A stretch of DNA of 64,000 nucleotides from a virus (Duplodnaviria; Caudoviricetes), in IMG/VR virus record IMGVR_UViG_2513237354_000022, positions 18,379 to 82,378 of that record. One strand, given 5' to 3'. A model generated the notes under the pieces. The model worked only from the letters and a program-made list of their open reading frames with translations, made no database searches and had not been told where the DNA came from. Position numbers and translations under genes: made by a program. This document shows, in pieces, positions 17,280 to 25,890 of this stretch (positions within the stretch are counted from its first letter, which is position 1; every line of letters starts with the position of its first letter).

Positions 17280-18437
17280 ATGCTCACGGTCAAACCGATT
17301 GAAGCAGCAAAGCCAAAAGACAAGCCCTACCGCCTGCTTGATAGCAACGGGCTGTACCTTTACATACCTGCTTCCGGGAAAAAAGTGTGGCAGCTACGCT
17401 TTAAACTGGACGGTAAAGAGAAAATTTTAACCGTGGGTAAATATCCTCATGTGTCTTTGCAGGAGGCTCGCGACAAAGCCTGGCAGGCAAGAAAAGATGT
17501 GGCAGATGGTATAGATCCGGTAAGGACCAAAAAAAGGAGCGAGAAGGATAACTCATTCTCGGTGATCTATAAGGAATGGTACGCCCATAAGCGTCAGGTA
17601 TGGTCTGAAGGGTACGCGACTGAATTACAGCGGATGTTTGAAACTGATATTCTCCCGCTCATAGGGGCGATGGAGATGGACGAAATCGAGCCGATGGCTC
17701 TTTTGTCTGTTGTGAGGAGGATTGAAGAGCGTGGGGCCATGGAGAGAGCAAACAAGGCCCGGCGTCGTTGTGGTGAGGTTTTTCGTTACGCCATCGTAAC
17801 AGGAAGAGCAAAGTATAACCCCGCTCCCGATCTCGCTGATGCCATGAAGGGATACAGGAAGAAGAATTTCCCGTTCCTTCCGGCTGATCAGGTCCCGGCA
17901 TTCAACCAGGCCTTAGCGGGATATTCAGGCAGCATAGTTTCGAAGGTTGCAACGATGGTTTTGCAATACACAGCCCTGAGAACAAAAGAGCTAAGATCTA
18001 TGCGATGGTCTGACGTCGATTTCGCTACTGGGCTAATTACAATTGACGAATCAGTCATGAAAAGCCGTAAACCGCATATCGTCCCTATGTCGCGCCAAGT
18101 AACTGAACTTCTTAAGACATTAAAGCCGGTCACTGAACCAGTATCGCAGTTCGTATTTGCAGGAAGAAACGATAAAAGGAAGTCGATTAGTGAAAACGCC
18201 GTTCTGCTGGTCATTCGCCAAATCGGATATGAGGGACTGGCGAGCGGCCACGGCTTCCGCCATCAATTCAGCACCATTTTACACGAGCATGAATGGCCTT
18301 CTGAGGCGATAGAGCGCCAGCTTGCCCACACAGACAAGCACTCAGTTCGCGGGATCTATAACCACGCCCAATATCTGGATAAAAGGCGTGAGATGATGCA
18401 GTGGTGGGCTGACTGGGTAGACGGCAACGTCACATGA
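17280..18437 (+). CDS. intS: Tyrosine integrase, IntS (KplE1/CPS-53/Sf6) family
   Basis: MLTVKPIEAAKPKDKPYRLLDSNGLYL; RTKEL, HGFRH, QLAH...IYNHAQY; directly downstream of argW. Confidence 0.9.
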   Translation: MLTVKPIEAAKPKDKPYRLLDSNGLYLYIPASGKKVWQLRFKLDGKEKILTVGKYPHVSLQEARDKAWQARKDVADGIDPVRTKKRSEKDNSFSVIYKEWYAHKRQVWSEGYATELQRMFETDILPLIGAMEMDEIEPMALLSVVRRIEERGAMERANKARRRCGEVFRYAIVTGRAKYNPAPDLADAMKGYRKKNFPFLPADQVPAFNQALAGYSGSIVSKVATMVLQYTALRTKELRSMRWSDVDFATGLITIDESVMKSRKPHIVPMSRQVTELLKTLKPVTEPVSQFVFAGRNDKRKSISENAVLLVIRQIGYEGLASGHGFRHQFSTILHEHEWPSEAIERQLAHTDKHSVRGIYNHAQYLDKRREMMQWWADWVDGNVT

Positions 18438-18500
18438 TGTAAGAAAAGGGATGGCGATTTACCATATAAGACACAAATCTTGGACATCGCCATAATGAGA

Positions 18501-19091
18501 TTAAGCCGCTGGTGGCGTAGGCCAAGTGATATCCGGTGCGGTAGAGGTATCCACTGCTTTCACAGCTTTGGTGTAATTCATCCACTCAATCAGACTCACT
18601 TTATCTTCGTCACCGATAATCCCCAGCGCCAATTCTGTTTTCCAGTCGCTTGTCACCTCTGCGGCATTATCAAGTAATGCCTGCTTTTGCTGGTTCGCCG
18701 CTTCTACATCGGCAGCATGCTGGGCATCGGTATCAGTCACCCACTTTTTCCCGTCCCACTTTTGGTATGGGCCTGAAGGTGCAATGCTGGTGTAACCGGC
18801 CTTAATGGGGCCTATATAATCAACAGTAGAAACTGAGCCATCAGCGGTTGAATAAACCGTATCCCCCCGATGGTCTTCATTCTGCACCCATTCACCATTA
18901 CTAAAAACCGCAATCTTTCCTGTCACTTCTTCACCAGGGTCAATATCTGTGGAGTGACCGGGCATACTCACCCCGACATTTATATATTCGTCTGACCACC
19001 CCATATATTCCGAAGTTACCGGGTCGTAATAAAAACAACGGATCTCCCCCGGCTGTGTTGCCAGCCCCTTATCATCAAAAACAGGTTTCAT
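18501..19091 (-). CDS. Tail fibre assembly protein
   Basis: Tfa-like; ends W..YTKAVKAVDTSTAPDITWPTPP. Confidence 0.88.
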   Translation of the reverse strand: MKPVFDDKGLATQPGEIRCFYYDPVTSEYMGWSDEYINVGVSMPGHSTDIDPGEEVTGKIAVFSNGEWVQNEDHRGDTVYSTADGSVSTVDYIGPIKAGYTSIAPSGPYQKWDGKKWVTDTDAQHAADVEAANQQKQALLDNAAEVTSDWKTELALGIIGDEDKVSLIEWMNYTKAVKAVDTSTAPDITWPTPPAA

Positions 19092-19876
19092 TATTTTGCC
19101 CTTACCAGGAAGTTAAATGCGATGTTACGTGGACGGTTTTCTGATGCCGTAGGAACCTGCAATGAAGCATCAAATTTGATACCAAGGTTCCCTGTAATCG
19201 CTGTACTCTGAGCGGTTGTTGCACCGCGACCGCCGCCGTTGATCACCTGTGGTGCCATTGCGCCGCTATAGTTCACATTTGGCAACCAGCCAAACCCAGA
19301 ATCAGGCTGCTGCGATAGAGCAGAAGTGCCGGTAATATTCCGAATCGCATCTCCCTGCGCACTCAAAAGTGCACGCCCACTGTCAACACCACGCCCATCA
19401 TCCCAGATTCGAGGGAATTCACCGCGAGCCTCGGTCAGGGTCAGGCTGGGAATCACAAGCGCCAGTTTGGGGTATGTCGTCGCCGAGAATGTCGCACCAT
19501 TGAACTTCAAAAACACCATGTCGGCCCATTCAGTCATAACCGTATTAGGCATCGCTGAGGACGGCCAGAAGAATGGAATCCCGATTGCTGGAGCGCCAGC
19601 CCCTAAACGGAGGTTTGTGGTTAGTGCGTTCGTGAACTTGGTCACCAGCCCGTTAACGTCTGCATTATCCAGGGCGTCCGCCCCGGAGTTTGCAATAAAC
19701 TGCCCAATCAGCGCGCCAATGGTCGTCGCCTGGCGAATGGCTTTGTTTACCTGAGCGCTGGATGCTTTACCCGCAGTAAACCCGGACAGCAAAGCCGGAA
19801 GCGCCTCCCAGTCAGCCTGTGACATGACGTTAGCGTTAGGATCAAGCGCAAACGCTTTAAAGTTATTTGTTGCCAT
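19091..19876 (-). CDS. Short tail fibre protein with collar domain
   Basis: MATNNFKAF N-terminus; RGEFPRIWDDGRGVDSGRALLSAQGDAIRNITG; C-terminal ENRPRNIAFNFLVRAK. Confidence 0.85.
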   Translation of the reverse strand: MATNNFKAFALDPNANVMSQADWEALPALLSGFTAGKASSAQVNKAIRQATTIGALIGQFIANSGADALDNADVNGLVTKFTNALTTNLRLGAGAPAIGIPFFWPSSAMPNTVMTEWADMVFLKFNGATFSATTYPKLALVIPSLTLTEARGEFPRIWDDGRGVDSGRALLSAQGDAIRNITGTSALSQQPDSGFGWLPNVNYSGAMAPQVINGGGRGATTAQSTAITGNLGIKFDASLQVPTASENRPRNIAFNFLVRAK

Positions 19877-20556
19877 TAGAGTAAAGTCCCCCATGCTCCT
19901 ACATCGAACCCGGCGATGTATTCGTTATCCATATCAAAACCAAAGAATTTAGAACCCTCGGAAGGTGTTTCTACCGAAGGCGTTTCAACATCACCAGCCC
20001 ATACGCCAGCTGCTTTAACGGTCAGATAGCCCTGTTTGATAGCGGCGATCAGTTCGAGCGACACATCAGCAATATCAGTCTCGGGGAATACCCAGACCGA
20101 AATCGTCATGTCCTGGTTGTCGACGATCTGCATCTTCAGGCCAGAGCCAGCAGTTGCAGCGTCCAGAATGGGAGGCAGCGAGTCGTTCCGCCCGTCCCAG
20201 TTGTTGATAGCGATCTTCGCTTTCAGAATGATGCGGTAGGTATCATCGCTTAGCGACGTATAGCCCGAATCCGGGTCATACGGTCCCTGCCATACGCCCT
20301 GGTCATATCCAAGCCCTTCAGTATCCCAACTGAAATAAACGCCGGTGATCGGTTGGCTGACTATGCGACTTCGCCCAATCCAGAGTCCGAGCGTGTCGAG
20401 CTGCACACCGACCGCCGTATCGATATCGAAGGCTGTTACAAGCCCTGACATAGTGCTGGACACATCAATCAGCGGGCGGGTGCTCAGATCTATATGGTCA
20501 AAAAAGAGTGGCTTGGTAGCGTGGTAGTTAGTGATCAGTTCGGTGTATTTGCTCAT
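19876..20556 (-). CDS. Baseplate protein (DUF2612 type)
   Basis: AVGVQLDTLGLWIGRSR and LSDDTYRIILKAKI motifs; follows baseplate J. Confidence 0.8.
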   Translation of the reverse strand: MSKYTELITNYHATKPLFFDHIDLSTRPLIDVSSTMSGLVTAFDIDTAVGVQLDTLGLWIGRSRIVSQPITGVYFSWDTEGLGYDQGVWQGPYDPDSGYTSLSDDTYRIILKAKIAINNWDGRNDSLPPILDAATAGSGLKMQIVDNQDMTISVWVFPETDIADVSLELIAAIKQGYLTVKAAGVWAGDVETPSVETPSEGSKFFGFDMDNEYIAGFDVGAWGTLL

Positions 20557-21752
20557 GAGGTCACCGTGATACTGATATTCGCGGTGCTACAGGACGCAGA
20601 AGCATCATAGGCAATATCAATATTTGATGCCGATACGCTGCCAGACGACTTACCGATCAGCAGTTCGGTAATATCGTAATAGCGGGCATTCCCGCCGCTC
20701 ACGACGCCAAGGTTTGCCGGGGAATAAATGCGGCTCAGCAGAACGTCGTCGCCAATTGTCAGGCCATTTATATAATCGGCAACAGCCTGTTTGATCTGCT
20801 CGCCGATTTGAGAGGTATACCCGGTAAAAACTTTCAGGCTAATGGCTACGTAAATTGGCACATCGGTAGAGCGTGAAAAACTGATCACGTGAGGGTTACC
20901 GTAAGTATCCGGCACCGTAACAGAAGTTTTACCGTAAGTTGCGGTTCCCTGTCCTTTATTCCCCCTGATGGTCTGGGCTATTTCGGTAACATCTCCACCA
21001 TCGACGATAGCGGAAATCGAGTGCGGTGGCAGCCCGTTGCTGTCGGTTGCTCCTGTGTCGTTCTCGTACAGCTTGTGACGTGTCACGCCCGCAACATTAG
21101 CGATTGCACCGTCAACGCCTTCAAACGGTGTGATCGATGGTAGCGCGACGCTCTGGTCCTGCCGTATGCGCAGCTCTGCGTCGGTTTCGGCTGGTGAACC
21201 GACAGTAGCCGCAGCCGGGTTGGTTACCGACACCCAGCCGCGAGTCGGTGTGTTAATAGTGGTGATAGTCCCGGCCATCGCCGCAACCGAACCGCTATTC
21301 GCGCATGTGCCCGTCACCAGCACAGTACCATCAACGCCGATCGCTACACTCGCAGGAAAATTCCAGATAATGCCGTTTTTATCCCGGGCGGAGCCGTTCG
21401 TGATAGTCGTGCCCGCCGTACCGGTTAACAGAAGGTCAGCAGTAGAGTTTGTCGCTACTTTTCGCGTGATCCCGTTAATTTTCACATTGCTGCTAAGCGC
21501 TGCGGCCTGCGCTGTCGTCGGTGAAAACGAGTTATAGATCTCGATAGCGGTGTTGTTAGCGTCATGCACGGCAAGAGCCACCAGCGCGACCATTTGCCCG
21601 TCTTTGCTGTCTGGTTCGAGGTAGGCATCACTACCGTAAATCTGCCTGAAATAGCTGGTCAGTGTATCAAGGATTGTCTGGTAATCAGGCGCACTAATCC
21701 CCTGGGCGGTTACCGTTGCCGATAGCCCCAGCGTGTCGAGGTTCAAAGCCAT
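20553..21752 (-). CDS. Baseplate J/gp47-like protein
   Basis: 399 aa; ETDAELRIRQ and GVTRHKLYENDT motifs. Confidence 0.85.
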   Translation of the reverse strand: MALNLDTLGLSATVTAQGISAPDYQTILDTLTSYFRQIYGSDAYLEPDSKDGQMVALVALAVHDANNTAIEIYNSFSPTTAQAAALSSNVKINGITRKVATNSTADLLLTGTAGTTITNGSARDKNGIIWNFPASVAIGVDGTVLVTGTCANSGSVAAMAGTITTINTPTRGWVSVTNPAAATVGSPAETDAELRIRQDQSVALPSITPFEGVDGAIANVAGVTRHKLYENDTGATDSNGLPPHSISAIVDGGDVTEIAQTIRGNKGQGTATYGKTSVTVPDTYGNPHVISFSRSTDVPIYVAISLKVFTGYTSQIGEQIKQAVADYINGLTIGDDVLLSRIYSPANLGVVSGGNARYYDITELLIGKSSGSVSASNIDIAYDASASCSTANISITVTS

Positions 21753-22106
21753 TTATGCCTCGCTTGTTAAAGTCGTCTGGCCGTAGATTGTGTCAATGGA
21801 GGAAGTGAAGTTGACGCGGCGGCTGGTGCCGTCATAATTGGTATCGAAGGAAAGAATAGACAGAACGCCCGGCGTGTCCTGTATGCGTTCGCGTATAGCC
21901 AGGATGTAGACGTCTGATCGCTGTTTACCAAGCACCGACTGAACATACGGGGTGCCTTCAGTCAGGTCGAGAAACCACTGACCGCGCCACAGTTCGAAAC
22001 GGGTTTTCACGGCCTGGGCGACGCACTCCGGACTGTCGATAAGGAAAGTATCGTCACCCTGTCCGAAAGTGTAATCGCCGTCAGCATCTTCGCGACGGTA
22101 TCGCAT
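21753..22106 (-). CDS. Baseplate wedge protein (gp25/gp46-like)
   Basis: QAVKTRFELWRGQWFLD; position upstream of J. Confidence 0.75.
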   Translation of the reverse strand: MRYRREDADGDYTFGQGDDTFLIDSPECVAQAVKTRFELWRGQWFLDLTEGTPYVQSVLGKQRSDVYILAIRERIQDTPGVLSILSFDTNYDGTSRRVNFTSSIDTIYGQTTLTSEA

Positions 22107-22109
22107 AAA

Positions 22110-22247
22110 TCACCACCAGCGTATAGCGCTAATAACGCTTGATAGGCCGAATAAAAAGAACACGGCCCAGATGAGGAAGAATTTCCAGTTGGGTAGTTTT
22201 TCGCCCATGACTCGCAACTCCCGTATCAGTTTGCTAAAATCAATCAC
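22110..22247 (-). CDS. 45-aa single-TM membrane peptide
   Basis: GTG start with AAGGGAG RBS; MIDFSKLIRELRVMGEKLPNWKFFLIWAVFFLFGLSSVISAIRWW; below the ORF-track cutoff. Confidence 0.6.
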   Translation of the reverse strand: MIDFSKLIRELRVMGEKLPNWKFFLIWAVFFLFGLSSVISAIRWW

Positions 22248-22282
22248 ATATTCTCCCTTGCCATCCTCAAGGTGCAGAAAGT

Positions 22283-22317
22283 AAAAAGCCCCGAAGTGTT
22301 AGCGCACCCGGGGCTTT
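22283..22317 (-). terminator. Hairpin/terminator after the spike gene
   Basis: AAAAGCCCCG...CGGGGCTTTT inverted repeat. Confidence 0.55.
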
Positions 22318-22334
22318 TGTCTGTTTGGTAGTTT

Positions 22335-23075
22335 TTAATTAGGCGCGGCAGTATTACCACTGCCAGTCTGCACGCCGCCGTGAGTGTGCGTCGTCAGGCT
22401 CTTGCCGCCTGCTTTTACGTCATTCGTTACCGTCACCGGTCCGAGCATCGTCGCCGTACCTCCGCTTTCGCCCATTCCCTGAGACAGATTGCCGTTAATA
22501 GTTACGTTGCCGTTCAGCGTTATGGTTGGGGATGTAATTGTCGTTCCACCTTCAGCCGTAGCAGTAAGCTGGCCCGGCGTTTTAACGGTGATGTTATGTC
22601 CTGCTGCGACCTCTACGAACGCCGCACCATCATCGGTGCGCAGCTGCGCGGCGCTGGTACTGATACCGCTGATTTTCTGCGCTTGCGACTGCGGGCCAAC
22701 GATGGCGAACGCATCAGATAAATCATGCTGGCGCGGGTCGACGGTCTCCTGAACTCCGCCACTCTGCCACCAAAAATCGATGCAACGGTCGGCAAAGATC
22801 AGCAGGCATTCGTCGCCTTCCTTAACCGGAAAGGTCAGCGTGCAACCGCCGCCGCGCGGGAAGATGACCGGCACATCCACCAGCGGTTTTAATTCGGTGG
22901 AGCCATCGCCAACGACACCGCGAAGCGCCACCTCTACCGTGCAGGTAACAGAGTCAGGGTCGAACGACTGAATGATGCCGGGCATCGCTACGCGCATCTG
23001 GGTAGACACCGAATCAGCAATGGCCTGCGCGGTCTGCTGCTCGCCGCCGATCTGTGATTGAGTTGGAATTGGCAT
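22335..23075 (-). CDS. Baseplate spike / gpV-Gp138-like protein
   Basis: GDECLLIFADRCID, HDLSDA and C-terminal HTHGGV metal-binding tip. Confidence 0.85.
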   Translation of the reverse strand: MPIPTQSQIGGEQQTAQAIADSVSTQMRVAMPGIIQSFDPDSVTCTVEVALRGVVGDGSTELKPLVDVPVIFPRGGGCTLTFPVKEGDECLLIFADRCIDFWWQSGGVQETVDPRQHDLSDAFAIVGPQSQAQKISGISTSAAQLRTDDGAAFVEVAAGHNITVKTPGQLTATAEGGTTITSPTITLNGNVTINGNLSQGMGESGGTATMLGPVTVTNDVKAGGKSLTTHTHGGVQTGSGNTAAPN

Positions 23076-23088
23076 AAAAACCCCATAA

Positions 23089-23110
23089 AAAACCCGCTCG
23101 ACGGCGGGTT
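23089..23110 (-). terminator. Terminator after the tail-region morons
   Basis: AACCCGC-CGTCGA-GCGGGTTTTTT on the minus strand. Confidence 0.6.
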
Positions 23111-23546
23111 ATAATTTTGCTTCTGGATAACATCTACAGCGACCATCAGGACAACACTTTCCCTCTCCGGGATGACCACCTTTAGGCGGCTTACTCCACG
23201 AAAATGTTTTCCCATTATTTTTAGCGCATTCAGCACACTCGTCACCATCCTCGCAGGAGCGCCAAATATAACGTTTAATACCCAAGCGAGATTGCTTTAT
23301 CCTCTCTGCCTCGGAGTGACGACGGCTATTTTCGGCGAGGTGTTCAGCATAGCGCGAGTTATCCTTCTCAATTTCTTCTTTGCTTCGCCGCTTCCCATTT
23401 GCTGGCTTTGATTTTTGGTAAGCAACCCGTTTATTTCGATTGTATGATTTAATAATTGCGTCTTCATTTCTGCGTTTTTTAAATTTTAAATATTTAACAA
23501 ATGCAAAAACAATCACGAATAAAATAATAATATATGCAGGTTCCAT
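23109..23546 (-). CDS. AT-rich membrane-anchored protein with MuF/gp7-like Cys-rich C-terminus
   Basis: N-terminal TM followed by KKRR; C-terminus YIWRSCEDGD...GK.FSW..PP.GGHPG...CRC. Confidence 0.7.
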   Translation of the reverse strand: MEPAYIIILFVIVFAFVKYLKFKKRRNEDAIIKSYNRNKRVAYQKSKPANGKRRSKEEIEKDNSRYAEHLAENSRRHSEAERIKQSRLGIKRYIWRSCEDGDECAECAKNNGKTFSWSKPPKGGHPGEGKCCPDGRCRCYPEAKL

Positions 23547-23914
23547 TATTTAACCTTTACACAATCATAAGTTGCATATTGTCTTGGTGCATCCATGCTG
23601 GCTTGCAGCCACTGAGCATTGAGGATAGCTTTTCCGTTTCGCTTGATGTACTCAAGACCAACCCATCGCCCCGGTTGGTTTGTAGCCATACGCCAATCCA
23701 TTTTTATATTGTCGTAGTCTTCTTTTTGTTTCAGAAATGTCAATTTCTGATACTCGGGCTTTGCTCCATTTATGCGAGGAAAGCCGTCATTAGTACCACT
23801 CGTTGAGAAAGTGAAATCACCGCACTTCATATAGACTTTTCCTGCTGCATTTGCACCAGAAGCAGCTGTTAAGCAAATTAAGCCAGAAAATATTCCTGAG
23901 ATTATCCTTTTCAT
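23546..23914 (-). CDS. Exported hypothetical protein
   Basis: Signal peptide MKRIISGIFSGLICLTAASGANA; two mature Cys near the termini. Confidence 0.7.
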   Translation of the reverse strand: MKRIISGIFSGLICLTAASGANAAGKVYMKCGDFTFSTSGTNDGFPRINGAKPEYQKLTFLKQKEDYDNIKMDWRMATNQPGRWVGLEYIKRNGKAILNAQWLQASMDAPRQYATYDCVKVK

Positions 23915-24978
23915 TAGGCACCCGTTTTCATCAAAGTCGAATCATTAATCAGGGTAGAAGCCCCACGCGCAAAACACATCAAATCCATGTACCACGCCTG
24001 ACCTCTGGTGTCGCCAGTATAGTCGATAGCTTTGACGATATAAACGCCATCCGTCGCAATGCTGGCAGCCTGTGACGTCGTACCTGTCAGCACGCGGTTG
24101 CCGTTCTCTTCCGTCTCGGTGATGCGCCCCGGCGACTGTGCGATTTCGCTATTACCGAGCGCGGCGCGATACACCGAAGCCTGATCGAGCTGGATAAGGC
24201 CATTGATGCGGATGTTGGGATTTATCAGGCACCGCACGTTTACGCCGCCGCCCATCGTCTGTTGCGGCATACCGATCAGGCCAGTATCGGCATTCAACAC
24301 GATGGCTTCGTGAATATATTTATCCTCCGGCACCATCTGAACCTGACCATCCACCAGCTGCCATGTCGCTTTGCACTGCGCAGCAATATTATCCATCACG
24401 TTCCGGGTGGATGAGTAAATCGCGCGGCCACGAGGAAACACGGTATCAGGAAAGTCGCCAGTAATGCCCTGCGTCACGCCGAACGCGTTGAAATCCTGCA
24501 TCGTCGCCCGGTGCAGATCCGCAACGGTATAGCCAGCGGCAAGCGTGGTGATGGTGGTCGCATAAAGGAACGCTTCGTGATCACCAATAGCCTGAATCAA
24601 CACCCAGGAATCGGTAATGTTGTCCTTCCCGGTGACGGTGAAGCGAATATCACCGTCAAAAATCAGGCCGTAGTTCTGACCATTCACCTGCCCTATCTGG
24701 TCTGGTGAAATCTCCCGGGCGACACCAACCTGGCTCGCATCAACTTCCGGCGCTATACCGTCATATCCGGCAATGATGCGAATTTTGGCAAACTCCTGCC
24801 CCAGTATCTTGTTCGTGGTATCGGTCGAAAGGTTGTAAATTTTCACGTTTGCCACGCGCGGCCAGCGTGTATCTGCCCACTCAATCTGGAACGTGACCTT
24901 AAAATCTGACAGAGAAACACCCTGCCCGTTCTGGTCCAACAGCTGCAACTCAAAATGGCGCATCCAGTTAAGAGACAT
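23914..24978 (-). CDS. Baseplate hub protein
   Basis: 354 aa; MSLNWMR and KIYNLS motifs; position after Dit-like genes. Confidence 0.75.
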   Translation of the reverse strand: MSLNWMRHFELQLLDQNGQGVSLSDFKVTFQIEWADTRWPRVANVKIYNLSTDTTNKILGQEFAKIRIIAGYDGIAPEVDASQVGVAREISPDQIGQVNGQNYGLIFDGDIRFTVTGKDNITDSWVLIQAIGDHEAFLYATTITTLAAGYTVADLHRATMQDFNAFGVTQGITGDFPDTVFPRGRAIYSSTRNVMDNIAAQCKATWQLVDGQVQMVPEDKYIHEAIVLNADTGLIGMPQQTMGGGVNVRCLINPNIRINGLIQLDQASVYRAALGNSEIAQSPGRITETEENGNRVLTGTTSQAASIATDGVYIVKAIDYTGDTRGQAWYMDLMCFARGASTLINDSTLMKTGA

Positions 24979-24980
24979 TT

Positions 24981-25286
24981 CTACTCCTGTACGAAAATGA
25001 GGTGGCTGTATGTGCCGAGGTTGGTTTTGGTGGGCTCGTCTGGTGCGCCCTTATCTGTCGCCACCACCAGCGCGCCATCAATGCCAAGCTGTGGATATTG
25101 TCGTAATAGGTTCACACCGGTCAGCAGAGGTACGCCAGACAGAAGCGCAGCACCGCCGCTATCCATCACGTCCATAATCCAGCCAGCCGCGTCACGCCAG
25201 ATGATCCTGAGCGTGTATGTCGTATCGCCCAGCAAAACGCGGAACTGCTGATTGTCGGGAGAAAGCGGTATTTCGTTAAACTGCAT
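24981..25286 (-). CDS. Baseplate protein
   Basis: 101 aa, EIPL...GVPLLTGVNLL; conserved position between Dit-like and hub genes. Confidence 0.65.
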   Translation of the reverse strand: MQFNEIPLSPDNQQFRVLLGDTTYTLRIIWRDAAGWIMDVMDSGGAALLSGVPLLTGVNLLRQYPQLGIDGALVVATDKGAPDEPTKTNLGTYSHLIFVQE

Positions 25287-25287
25287 G

Positions 25288-25890
25288 TCATCCCCCGAAT
25301 GCTGATGTAACGGTTCCGCCCAACTGGCTCAGCAGCGATTCATTTGGCGGTGTCGTGGATTTCGTCCCGGAATTCTGCACCGCCGATGTGCTGACGCCAT
25401 CTTGCATATCTGATTTATCAGCAACGCTAACGCTCTGCGTTTGCGACATGATCACTTCACGCAGGGTAAGCGTGCAGTTAAGCACGTTCTCGCTGGTTTT
25501 ATCCGTTGTCACCTCGATGGCGCGTACCAGCATATTGCTGTACACCCTCTTTCCTGTCACCACATCGAACGGCACCCGAGAGGACTGGAGATCCAGCATT
25601 TGCTGATAGGTCTCTTTCGGGCTTAGTCCGGCACTGAGGCCGATTGAAGATGTATCAATGAAGTCCAGCAACGAACCGCCACCAGCGAAGCCGCATTCCA
25701 TTGTGACTTCGCTGGGGCGCTTATACGCATGATCGGCGATGAAGCCCGAAGCGCTATTCGTTGTTGGCTTCTCCACCGGGTGCTCAGTAATTTCGAGCGC
25801 ATCAGAATGCTTTTCGGAGACGACCACGCTGGGGATCAGCAGGCCAATTCGCCGGGATTGCTGGCGAAAAATCGCTGATAAAATATCCAT
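25288..25890 (-). CDS. Dit-like baseplate/tube initiator
   Basis: ITEHPVE, IADHAYKRP and VVTGKRVYSNML motifs. Confidence 0.7.
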   Translation of the reverse strand: MDILSAIFRQQSRRIGLLIPSVVVSEKHSDALEITEHPVEKPTTNSASGFIADHAYKRPSEVTMECGFAGGGSLLDFIDTSSIGLSAGLSPKETYQQMLDLQSSRVPFDVVTGKRVYSNMLVRAIEVTTDKTSENVLNCTLTLREVIMSQTQSVSVADKSDMQDGVSTSAVQNSGTKSTTPPNESLLSQLGGTVTSAFGG

